Shown here: positions 18,189 through 25,972 of the stretch, in pieces
Position numbering within the stretch: position 1 is the stretch's first letter
Layout of the letters: each line of letters opens with the position of its first letter
Origin: Acidobacteriota bacterium
GTDB lineage: Bacteria; Acidobacteriota; Terriglobia; Terriglobales; SCQP01
Reading direction: 5' to 3'
DNA length: 64,000 bases
Assembly (NCBI GenBank): GCA_027459505.1
Contig: DAIDIE010000021.1
Span: 92,504 to 156,503, forward strand
Notes under the pieces: model-generated
The model's database searches: none
Told to the model about the DNA's origin: nothing
What the model saw: the letters and a program-made list of their open reading frames with translations, nothing else
Translations under genes and position numbers: made by a program

Positions 18189-20057
18189 CTAGCGCTTCTT
18201 CCCTTTTTTGGCGACGGCTTTTACCTGCGGCTTCTTTGCGGAACCGTTAGCGGCTGCGGCCGCGGCTTTCACCTTGAGCGGCGCAGTGGCTTTGGGACGT
18301 GCCGCGGGGGCGTTGGCCGCCGGTTTGCCATGCGCTTTGGCCGCAGGTTTACCGGCCGGCTTGCTGGCCGCCTTACTCGCTGTTTTAGCCGGCTTGGAGG
18401 CGGTCTTGCCCGCTGCGGGCTTCGCCGGCGCTTTGCCGGCCTTGACCGGGCTCTTGCCGGAAACAGGTTTTGCCGACGGCTTGCCGGGTTTTCCGGCAGG
18501 CGGCGCTGCTTTGGTCTGGGGTGCGGTTTTGGCTTTGGCGGGTTTCGCTTGCGGTGGAGCTGGGGCTTTCGCCTCCTTCGCCACTTCCTTGGAAATGGGC
18601 TGGGCTACGGCCGGCGGGGTTGCAGGCGCGGCCGGCGCCGGTTCCTTGGGAGTTGGCTTCATCGTGCCCCGGGGGCGGCCCACTCCGCGGCCGCGGGGTT
18701 TCTCTTCTTTCTCGCGCGCCGCTTTTTCCCTTGCCGCCTTTTCACGCGCCGCATTGGGATCGATTCCCAGAGCAATGGCCTCTTGCCGCAGCGCCTCCAA
18801 GCGCTCCTCTTCGGTGCGCAACTTTCCTTCCATCAGCTTGTGATAAATGCGGTCGAGGATGGTGTGGAACTCGGGAGCGCTGGGGTTCACACCAAGCTGT
18901 TGCAACTCCCGCAGCGGCAATTGCAACTTCAGTTCGGGAAGACGCTGCGTGTACTCCTCCAGCTTCTTTTGCACCGGGGCGCTGCCGCACAGGGCCAGGT
19001 AGAGCACCGCGGAGGAGGGCGAATGGCGCAGCAGGTCATGGACCTGAGCCAGATTTGCTGCGTTTTTCCCCAACAGCGTCTTTTCCAGGTTTTTAGCGGC
19101 ACTGAGCAAGTTTCGTGAGCCCTCCACCAGCGGCCCGCTCATAGGCAACTCGGTCAATGCCCCCTGATCTTTGGACGGCAGGGACCCGAACATCAGGTGC
19201 AGGACCACCGGCCCCTGGTCGGGACTGATGCCGGCGTCTTCCAGACGCTGCACCGTGTTGGGGAGGCGGGAAAGCGGCTCCATGGACATTTTTGACGTGA
19301 GCACGTTCTTGCCAAAGGCGGTGTCGAGCAGGTGCTGCTCTTCAAGCTGCTTGAGAACCGGCGCTGGGTCGGGCTCATAGGCCAGCGCTTCCAGTTCGCG
19401 CGCCAGCCCAGCGCGGATGAGGTCGCGGTTAGCCTCCTCCAGATAGCGGTTTTCACGCGCCGATGTAATGCGCGCCTGCGTCCGCTCCTCGATGGTGAAT
19501 CCCAAACGGGTCTGCAAACGCACCGCGCGCAGGCACAACACCGGGTCCTCCAGGAACACGTAGTTGTGGATCATGCGAATCTGCCGCGCCTCGATATCCG
19601 CCATTCCGTTGGTGGGATCCAGCAGCAGGCCGCGCGAGCCCGGATTGAGCGATAACCCAATGGCGTCAATGGTGAAGCCGCGGCGGCGCAAATCATCAAT
19701 GATGGGGGCAGGGCGCCTTACCGGAGGCTTGTTGGGCTTCTCGTGGAACTCGGCATGCGCGCCACTGATGCGGAAGCGCACCCCGCGCATGCGCAGCCGC
19801 AACGTCTGCTGCTGCTGGTCGGCAAACAATAGTTGCACTTCCGCGTGGGCCAATAACGTCTTCTGCATGTGCAGCGGATTGCCCTCGACGCAGAAGTCCA
19901 GTACGCGCACCGGGGCGCCTGCCAACAGGTCGCGCATGGGACCGCCGATTAGATACAGGTTCATGCCCGCCTGTCGGCAGGTGGTCTCCAGATAGTTCAC
20001 CACCGCCTGTTGTTCAGAGGTGAAACGGGTCTCCAGCAGAAAAATGTAATCCGCCAT
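18189..20057 (-). CDS. Class II nucleotidyltransferase (CCA-adding / poly(A) polymerase family) with a long Lys/Ala/Pro-rich C-terminal tail
   Basis: 622-aa ORF. The N-terminal head-domain motif is LYLIGGPMRDLLAG...LDFCVEG. The C-terminal roughly 190 aa are a low-complexity AKP-rich repeat (KPAKAKTAPQTKAAPPAGKPGKPSAKPVSGKSPVKAGKAPAKPAAGK...AKKGKKR). Confidence 0.75.
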   Translation of the reverse strand: MADYIFLLETRFTSEQQAVVNYLETTCRQAGMNLYLIGGPMRDLLAGAPVRVLDFCVEGNPLHMQKTLLAHAEVQLLFADQQQQTLRLRMRGVRFRISGAHAEFHEKPNKPPVRRPAPIIDDLRRRGFTIDAIGLSLNPGSRGLLLDPTNGMADIEARQIRMIHNYVFLEDPVLCLRAVRLQTRLGFTIEERTQARITSARENRYLEEANRDLIRAGLARELEALAYEPDPAPVLKQLEEQHLLDTAFGKNVLTSKMSMEPLSRLPNTVQRLEDAGISPDQGPVVLHLMFGSLPSKDQGALTELPMSGPLVEGSRNLLSAAKNLEKTLLGKNAANLAQVHDLLRHSPSSAVLYLALCGSAPVQKKLEEYTQRLPELKLQLPLRELQQLGVNPSAPEFHTILDRIYHKLMEGKLRTEEERLEALRQEAIALGIDPNAAREKAAREKAAREKEEKPRGRGVGRPRGTMKPTPKEPAPAAPATPPAVAQPISKEVAKEAKAPAPPQAKPAKAKTAPQTKAAPPAGKPGKPSAKPVSGKSPVKAGKAPAKPAAGKTASKPAKTASKAASKPAGKPAAKAHGKPAANAPAARPKATAPLKVKAAAAAANGSAKKPQVKAVAKKGKKR

Positions 20058-20220
20058 GGCTTTGCTGCCTCGCGGCAGTTCGCTCCTCTTATTAAATGCA
20101 CTGCCCGGCGCCGGGGGCCACTCGCTCGCACTCCACTTGGCCTTGCCCGGTTACTACGTCTCGCGGGGCCAACCGTTGCATGGCCCCCTGTGGCAGGGAT
20201 GCAACCCTGCCGCCCCACGC

Positions 20221-21246
20221 TCAGGCGCGGGGATGATGCGCTTTGTACACCTGTCGCAAGCGCTGCGACACGACCTGGGTATAGATTTGCGTGGTCGAAA
20301 TATCGGCGTGCCCCAGCATGGTCTGTAGACTGCGCAGATCGGCGCCACGCTCCAACAAATGTGTGGCAAAACTGTGTCGCAGTAGATGCGGCGTCAGATG
20401 TTGCCGTATTTGAGCCTGGCGGCCGTAGGCCCCCAAACGCTTCCAAAAGGCTTGCCGCGTCATGGCCGCTCCGCCCCGGCGGGGGAACAGAAACGGGGTG
20501 GTTTTCCCACCCAAAATGCGCCCCCGCGCGGTACGGACAAAGCTCATGATGGCGCGCAGGGCCGATTGTCCTACCGGCACCAGACGCTCTTTATCGCCCT
20601 TGCCATGGCAGCGAACCACGCCCATCTCCGGGTCCAGGTCGCTATCCCGCAGCCGCACCAGTTCGCTGACCCGCAGGCCGCTGGCGTAGAGCAGTTCCAG
20701 CATGGCACGATCGCGTTGCGCCAGAGCCCAACTCAGACTCTGGGGAGCGCAGCGTAGTTGGCACGGCGCTTGCAGCAGCCGCTCCACTTCGTCCTGCGAC
20801 AAATACTTGGGCAGAGTGCGCCAGCTACGCGGCGATTCCAGGCCTTCACTGGGATCGTCGGCCCGTAGGCCGTCCAGGCGCAGATAGCGGAACAGGTTGC
20901 GCAGGGTAACAAGATGCCGGGCGGCGCTACGCGCGCTCAGCCCCTGGCCATAGAGCCAGAGCAGGAATTCCTGCAACTCGGTCCGGCCGCACACCAACAA
21001 GTGCCTTTCGGGTACATCTCCAGCCCAGCGCTGAAAATGTGCCAAGTCGAACGCATAGGACTTGAGCGTGTTGTCGGCCAGCCCCTTCTCGACCCGCGCA
21101 TAGTGCAGAAACGCTCCAGCTTCGGGCGGCAGCACGACTCCCGCATCTTCCCCTTTTCTGCTGCGCGACAACGGAAGACGCGATTCGCCCCGCGCTCCCG
21201 TAGCGCGCGGGCCACGGCTGGGCGAACTGGTCGCTTGCTCTGGCAT
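20221..21246 (-). CDS. Tyrosine site-specific recombinase, XerC/XerD type
   Basis: 341-aa ORF. It has an N-terminal SAM-like core-binding domain (FLHYARVEKGLADNTLKSYAFDLAHFQRW), catalytic-domain motifs GLRVSELVRL and HLLRHSFATHLL, and LGHADISTTQIYTQV. Confidence 0.85.
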   Translation of the reverse strand: MPEQATSSPSRGPRATGARGESRLPLSRSRKGEDAGVVLPPEAGAFLHYARVEKGLADNTLKSYAFDLAHFQRWAGDVPERHLLVCGRTELQEFLLWLYGQGLSARSAARHLVTLRNLFRYLRLDGLRADDPSEGLESPRSWRTLPKYLSQDEVERLLQAPCQLRCAPQSLSWALAQRDRAMLELLYASGLRVSELVRLRDSDLDPEMGVVRCHGKGDKERLVPVGQSALRAIMSFVRTARGRILGGKTTPFLFPRRGGAAMTRQAFWKRLGAYGRQAQIRQHLTPHLLRHSFATHLLERGADLRSLQTMLGHADISTTQIYTQVVSQRLRQVYKAHHPRA

Positions 21247-21326
21247 GAGGACCCGGGGCCAAGCCTTGGCGAGGCCCGAAAACCGAATGATATTAACATC
21301 TTACGCGATGGCTTGTACACGAAAAA

Positions 21327-21653
21327 GGCGGCACGGCCGCTTTTATTCCACCCGTTTCGGTGTCCGGCCCCACCCCAAGCCGCGCCGCGCGGCTCGGGGA
21401 CCCCGGCCGAAGCTCACAGATGGTGGCCGCGCTTTACTAGCCCGCGTTCGTCGCATAGAGGCGCTTCTACAATCCAGCGGCATGCGGCTTTTTCTGTTAA
21501 AAAAAGCCGCACTCTTCTCCGTCCCAACGCCTCGCCCGGTGACGAACCCGGGCGTCGCCAGCGGTGCGGGACCTAAACGGCAACCCCGAGCCCTTTCTAC
21601 CCCTTCGGCCTGCGATTTCGACCTCGAAAGCAGTTCGACTCGGCCCTGGCTCG
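21327..21653 (+). repeat. Structured intergenic element, family 1, copy B (core + optional hairpin 1 + optional module 2, about 327 nt)
   Basis: Same termini as copy A. It carries the inserted hairpin CCCCAAGCCGCG-CCG-CGCGGCTCGGGG and a roughly 115-nt module bounded by CCCGCGTTCGTC...GACGAACCCGGG that contains the hairpin GCGGCTTTTT-CTGTTAA-AAAAAGCCGC (21484-21510). Confidence 0.9.
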
Positions 21654-21694
21654 TATGGCACTCGCCAGGCAGTGCCACATCTGGCCCCCCCTCC

Positions 21695-22078
21695 TCAGCC
21701 GTTGTAGTTGGCCCACATCCGTACTACCTGGCCTTGATCGTCCAACTGCATCACCTCGGCCGTCATGCTGCCGCGCTGGTTGCGGTAATAAAGCACCACG
21801 GTATTGATTCCCCACAAAACATCGCGCAGGTCGAACTGGACGTTGGGAAACGCTTGCAGTCCGCGGGAGAAGTATTGCCGCAGCGCCGCTTTGCCCTCAA
21901 TTGTGCCCGAAGGCAGCGACATCAGGCTGGCCAACACCGGCGAGGTGACAACGACGTCATCGGAGTAATGGGAGAGAATACGCTCCAGGTCGTGGCTGTT
22001 CCAGGCTTCCACCCATTCGCGGGCGAAGAGATGAGCGGTTTCAGTGGAAAGCGGCAGTGGATCGGAATTGGTATCCAT
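21695..22078 (-). CDS. SnoaL-like / NTF2-fold small protein
   Basis: 127-aa ORF: AHLFAREWVEAWNSHDLERILSHYSDDVVVTSP...GKAALRQYF. This is the typical SnoaL_2 pattern. Confidence 0.65.
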   Translation of the reverse strand: MDTNSDPLPLSTETAHLFAREWVEAWNSHDLERILSHYSDDVVVTSPVLASLMSLPSGTIEGKAALRQYFSRGLQAFPNVQFDLRDVLWGINTVVLYYRNQRGSMTAEVMQLDDQGQVVRMWANYNG

Positions 22079-22219
22079 AGGGAAGCGTAGAACCTTGCCG
22101 CGTCCTGTTCAAAACGCAAATTTCAAATCGCATCGATTTGCGAAAGCGGCACCGGGGGCTCCGCCCTGGCTGGCGCTGGGGGAGTGTAATTCAATCTGAG
22201 CTTTGCTAGATTTGCGGGC

Positions 22220-22849
22220 ATGCCGAAAACCTCCAAACGCGGCCGGCCGCCCTATGCCGACGTCTTGACCCCCGCCGAGTGGCGCGTCGTTGAAGCCGTC
22301 CGGCATGGCATGAGCAGCCGCCAGATTGCCACGCGGCGCGGCATCAGCGTTGACGCGGTGAAGTACCACGTTTCCAACGCGCTGCAGAAGCTCGGCTTGG
22401 CCAGCCGCAAAGAACTGCGTCAGTGGGATGGCATCGCACGCGCTTCCGCGCTGCACACGAAAGGGGTTGGAATGGGGGCGCCAACGCGAATCACGAGCGT
22501 GGGCCAGATCGCCCGTCAGGTGAGTGACATTGAGGCGGCGCGCCGCTGGTATGGCGAGGTACTGGGGTTACAACACCTCTACTCGTTTGGCGAGATGGCC
22601 TTTTTCGATTGCGGCGGGCTGCGCCTGCTGCTCTCGCGTGAAGAGAGTGCAAGGCGGGGCGAATCGATTCTCTATTTCCGGGTAAACGACATCCAAGCGG
22701 CACACAAGCTCCTGCTGGAGCGGGGGGTGACATTCATCAATGCGCCGCATATGATCCACCGCCATGCGGATGGGAGCGAGGAATGGATGGCGTTCTTCAA
22801 CGATCCCGAGCAGCGGCCCCTGGCCATCATGGCGCAGGTGAAGCCGTAA
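22220..22849 (+). CDS. LuxR-type HTH fused to a glyoxalase/VOC domain
   Basis: 209-aa ORF. The N-terminus LTPAEWRVVEAVRHGMSSRQIATRRGISVDAVKYHVSNALQKLGLASRKEL is a GerE/LuxR HTH. The C-terminus VGQIARQVSDIEAARRWYGEVLGL...FFDCGGLRLLL...HADGSEEWMAFFNDPEQRPLAIM is a VOC fold. Confidence 0.8.
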   Translation: MPKTSKRGRPPYADVLTPAEWRVVEAVRHGMSSRQIATRRGISVDAVKYHVSNALQKLGLASRKELRQWDGIARASALHTKGVGMGAPTRITSVGQIARQVSDIEAARRWYGEVLGLQHLYSFGEMAFFDCGGLRLLLSREESARRGESILYFRVNDIQAAHKLLLERGVTFINAPHMIHRHADGSEEWMAFFNDPEQRPLAIMAQVKP

Positions 22850-22859
22850 CCGTTGCCGC

Positions 22860-23231
22860 TTAGATGGAGCGTGCCAGCGCGGCGCCGGCCAGCACCGCCA
22901 ATAACGAGACGACATTGCTGAGCAGCAGATTGCTGATCGCGCCAATCCAGCGGCCTTGCTCAAACAAGGCGAAGGTCTCGAAGGCGAAGCTGGAAAAAGT
23001 GGTATAGCCGCCGCAAAACCCAATGGCCACCAGCAGCCGCCAGCGCGGGTCGGCAATCGCCCGTTCGCTGGTCCAGATCATGAAAAAACCCAGGATCAGA
23101 CTGCCAGTGACGTTAATCAGCAAAGTGCCATACGGCAGCAGACTGCTGGCGCGGTTCAACAGCGTGGCCAGCCAATAGCGCGCATTCGCGCCCAGAATGG
23201 CGCCCAATGAGATCCAGAAAATCGTCCGCAT
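22860..23231 (-). CDS. crcB: Fluoride ion channel CrcB/FluC
   Basis: ORF trimmed to the ATG at 23231: MRTIFWISLGAILGANARYWL...GTLLINVTGSLILGF...GFCGGYTTFSSFAFE. These are canonical CrcB motifs. Confidence 0.9.
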   Translation of the reverse strand: MRTIFWISLGAILGANARYWLATLLNRASSLLPYGTLLINVTGSLILGFFMIWTSERAIADPRWRLLVAIGFCGGYTTFSSFAFETFALFEQGRWIGAISNLLLSNVVSLLAVLAGAALARSI

Positions 23232-23280
23232 AGCCGTTCGGGTTGCCCTGCTATTATGCATGAGGAACGGTGAAACGCCC

Positions 23281-23607
23281 ATGTCAGTCGCAGTGCAAGT
23301 CACGCTTTACCTGAACGCTTCCGATCACTGGCACAACCGGCCGCTGCACCTGGCCATTCTTGAAATGCTGCGCCAGGAAGGCGCCTACGGCGCGGTCGCG
23401 CTGCATGGCGTGGCGGGCTTTCTGGGACGCGGGCCGCTGCACAGCGCTCACCTTGTGGACGTCAAGGGCGATCTGCCCGTGGTCGTCGTTTTCGTCGATT
23501 TGCCCGAGCATGTGGAGCGCCTGCTGCCGCGCTTGCGCGAGATGGCGCCGGGACGATTGCTGGTGCGCGAGAACGTGCAACTCGAGCAGGAAGTGGAACA
23601 CCTGTAG
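23281..23607 (+). CDS. DUF190 (UPF0166) family protein, the usual crcB neighbour
   Basis: ORF trimmed to the ATG at 23281: MSVAVQVTLYLNASDHWHNRPLHLAILEMLRQEGAYGAVALHGVAGFLGRG...LPVVVVFVD. It is divergent from crcB across a 49-nt spacer. Confidence 0.7.
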   Translation: MSVAVQVTLYLNASDHWHNRPLHLAILEMLRQEGAYGAVALHGVAGFLGRGPLHSAHLVDVKGDLPVVVVFVDLPEHVERLLPRLREMAPGRLLVRENVQLEQEVEHL

Positions 23608-23692
23608 GGCGCCTGGTGGTCGCCGCGGCTGGCAATGGCGGTGGTTTCCTCACCCAGAAAAGCAGCGCTCCTGCCAGCAGGCGGACCGTAGA

Positions 23693-24019
23693 GGCGGCAC
23701 GGCCGCTCTTATTCCACCCGCTTCGGTGTCCGGCCCCCCCCAAGCCGCGCGGCGCGGCTTGGGGGGCCCCGGCCGAAGCTCACGGATGGTGGCCGCGCTT
23801 TACTAGCCCGAGTTCGTCCCATCAGGGCGCTTCTTCGATCCAGCGGGATGCGGCTTTTCCTGTTGAGAAAAGCCGCACTCTTCTCCGCCCCAACGACTCG
23901 CCTGGTGACGAACTCGGGCGTCGCCAGCGGTGCGGGACCTGAACGGCAACCCCGGACCTTGGCTACGACTTCGGCCTGCGATTTCGAACTCGAAAGCAGT
24001 TCGACTCGGTCCTGGCTCG
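23693..24019 (+). repeat. Structured intergenic element, family 1, copy C (core + both optional modules)
   Basis: Same architecture as copy B. Hairpin 1 is a perfect 14-bp stem, CCCCCCAAGCCGCG-CGG-CGCGGCTTGGGGGG (23736-23766). The module 2 stem CCCGAGTTCGTC/GACGAACTCGGG is perfect, and its inner hairpin is GCGGCTTTTC-CTGTTGA-GAAAAGCCGC (23850-23876). The copy is flanked by 57-59-nt imperfect direct repeats. Confidence 0.9.
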
Positions 24020-24085
24020 CCATGGCAGTGGCTTCCTCACCCAAAGGCAGCGCTCCTGCCCACAGGCGGACCGTAGAGATTGTAA

Positions 24086-25690
24086 TTACTCGGCCTGTAC
24101 TTGAATGGCGTTTACCAGGGGATAGTTCACCACCGGGAGAAAGCGCAGCATCAGCTTGCCTTGCGCGTTGGGCCGCAGGTCGCGGAAACGGATTGCGACG
24201 CCATTGGCCTTGCCCTGGGTCTTGTACAGATCGAAGTTCCGCAGCAGGTCCAGGCCATTGCAGCGCACGTCGAAGACGCGGCTCCCCACGCCTCCCAAGC
24301 CGGAATTTTCCGGACCCCAATAGTGCTCGGCCATATAGAGCGTCACCTGGTAGCGGTAGCCGGCGGCAACGGGAATGGCGTAGCTGAAATTGCCGTAATG
24401 TTCACGGCTAAACAGCCCCGCGGACGCGCCGTTGGGGAACATGGCAGCGGTCTCGCGTCCACCGCGATAGTAACGGTCAGGGAGCCAGTGGCGGCCACCG
24501 GTGTCGGTAAACAGAGTGGGCTGCGCAATCACCCGCACCGGGTTGGGCAGCTTATCGGTCTGGGGCATGATCTCGATGGCGTTCACGAAGGCTTGCAATG
24601 ACCAGAAGCTGATGTGAATACGGCCATCCGTGCCGGGGTGGATGTTGGGGTAGACCTTTTCGGCGGCGGTGCGCACGCCTCCGGCGTCGGAAACGACATC
24701 CAAACTGACCGCCGGTCCGCCCCCAATGGTGAACGAGTCATCGCGCTGAGCGTCACGAATACCCGGCTTGGACTCGGCAAAGAATAGGTGCAGCTCGTAG
24801 CTCCCCGGTCTCACTGGTATGGCGTAGCGGAACACGCCCTCACGCCCCCAGGAATAAAGCTGCGGATCCTGGCTGCGCGCCACGCGAGGCAAAGGGCGAT
24901 GAAACGCCGTTCCGCCGGTAAAGTCCCGATCCGGCAGCCAGGTGAAGCCAGCGCTATCTTTGTACGGTTGGTTGGCGCCGCAACGGATCCGAATCGCCTG
25001 ATCGAGGGCATCGGGCGCGCCCCAGTTAAAGTGGTGCAGAATCTCCGCCGCCAGACTTGCGCCTCCGGCTGGCGCCCCGGCCAGCACCGCCAGGCCAGGT
25101 TGCGCGTAACGATGAACGCCGACAGCGCTGAAGACGCCGGCTGCAACTCCACAAACGGCAATGGCGCCGGCCGCCAGCCAGCCCAGGCGGGGGCGGTTCA
25201 ACCTGCGCCACAGACTCTCAGCCGCCTCCGCTGTGGATACCGGGAGCAGCAGACTCTGCCCCGTCTCCGGTAGCGCGGCTGGCAAGCCGCCGTCAGACTC
25301 CTGGGAATCAGCGCCTTCCACCCGGAGGAATTCCGGAGTGTAACTACCGCGCGGCAGCTCAATCTGAATCCGATGAGAAGCGCCCTCACTGGCGTAATAG
25401 TCCTGCAGGCGTTTCCTGAGCAGGTGCAAATCGACGCGGACGATGGAGTCCGCCTGCGGATCGAAATCGTTGCCCCGGCCCAGCGCCTCCACCGCAATTG
25501 AGTACTCTTTGACCTGTTCAGCCTGACCGTTGAAGTACTCGTTACAGATGTAGGTGAGGATGCGCGACAAGCTGGGGGCGCGTTGAAACGATTGCGAACT
25601 CAGCACCGCCTGCAGTTCGGCGCGCTCGGTGGCGTAAGCGCTTCCAGACGTGTTGCCTTTGCCGCGGCGGATGGTAGGGGAAGTAGCCAT
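24086..25690 (-). CDS. Membrane-anchored ToxR/CadC-like regulator with tandem extracytoplasmic malectin-like carbohydrate-binding domains
   Basis: ORF 24086..25900 trimmed to the ATG at 25690 (MATSPTIRRGKG...). The winged-helix segment is RILTYICNEYFNGQAEQVKEYSIAVEALGRGNDFDPQADSIVRVDLHLLRKRLQDYY...IELPRGSYTPEF, followed by the TM segment WLAAGAIAVCGVAAGVF. Two malectin-like repeats are present (FTWLPDRDFTGG...YELHLFFAE and RHWLPDRYYRGG...YQVTLYMAEHYW). Confidence 0.65.
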   Translation of the reverse strand: MATSPTIRRGKGNTSGSAYATERAELQAVLSSQSFQRAPSLSRILTYICNEYFNGQAEQVKEYSIAVEALGRGNDFDPQADSIVRVDLHLLRKRLQDYYASEGASHRIQIELPRGSYTPEFLRVEGADSQESDGGLPAALPETGQSLLLPVSTAEAAESLWRRLNRPRLGWLAAGAIAVCGVAAGVFSAVGVHRYAQPGLAVLAGAPAGGASLAAEILHHFNWGAPDALDQAIRIRCGANQPYKDSAGFTWLPDRDFTGGTAFHRPLPRVARSQDPQLYSWGREGVFRYAIPVRPGSYELHLFFAESKPGIRDAQRDDSFTIGGGPAVSLDVVSDAGGVRTAAEKVYPNIHPGTDGRIHISFWSLQAFVNAIEIMPQTDKLPNPVRVIAQPTLFTDTGGRHWLPDRYYRGGRETAAMFPNGASAGLFSREHYGNFSYAIPVAAGYRYQVTLYMAEHYWGPENSGLGGVGSRVFDVRCNGLDLLRNFDLYKTQGKANGVAIRFRDLRPNAQGKLMLRFLPVVNYPLVNAIQVQAE

Positions 25691-25783
25691 ACCTGGAAGA
25701 GATTTCCCCGAGGGGAGCGCATCGACATGCGGCCGGTCTCGTGGAGCCCGGCCCATTGGGGGGAGAATAGCACAGGACGCCGG

Positions 25784-25924
25784 GCAACGTTTGCGCGGCT
25801 GGTGCACGCCCAGGTGTTCCTGCTGACCAGCGATTGCGGACATATCTCCAATGGCTGCCAGAGCGCGCAGCTCAACCCGGTGGTCAGGCGTTTCTGGCAC
25901 GGTAGCGGAACCTCTTCTCCGTAA
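25784..25924 (+). pseudogene. Relic C-terminus of a third MetX-like alpha/beta hydrolase paralog
   Basis: The frame of ORF 25583..25924 reads ...TFARLVHAQVFLLTSDCGHISNGCQSAQLNPVVRRFW. This aligns with the C-termini of 27395..28438 (HFAKLIHARIYMLTGDCGHLAFVCQSDQLSRVVGRFLA) and 28471..29496 (RFANLTHARVLLLTSDCGHLANGCQQPLIRAAVARFLA). No upstream hydrolase body is present. Confidence 0.7.
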
Positions 25925-25972
25925 CCGTAATTTGGGTTAATTTGGGGGCTGGGCAACATCGAGGGTTCTCCT

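Noticed and set aside
18141-19118. Long plus-strand ORFs (325, 211 and 208 aa) rich in G/R/L/A
   Set aside because: They are antisense or out-of-frame readings of the low-complexity AKP-rich tail and body of the minus-strand nucleotidyltransferase gene. There are no motifs and the composition is extreme.
23232-23280. Fluoride (crcB) riboswitch upstream of crcB or DUF190
   Set aside because: The crcB/DUF190 spacer is only 49 nt. Neither strand shows the conserved GGnGAUG...CCnnAAC..GCC...CUGAUG pattern as I remember it. A formal cmsearch is still advisable.
21245-24320. ORFs running through the repeat copies (e.g. 21245..22090 +, 23616..23942 +, 23709..24320 -)
   Set aside because: Their translated similarity (..GRFYSTRFGVRP.., ..SSTRPWLV) only reflects the nucleotide repeat. 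The copies differ by indels that break the frame, the optional modules are hairpins, and the ORFs overlap better-supported genes.
25691-25900. Start of the malectin regulator at 25900 as listed in the ORF track
   Set aside because: The extra 70 codons overlap, on the opposite strand, the relic hydrolase C-terminus and have no regulator-like sequence. ATG 25690 gives an N-terminus collinear with the paralog at 11771..13129.
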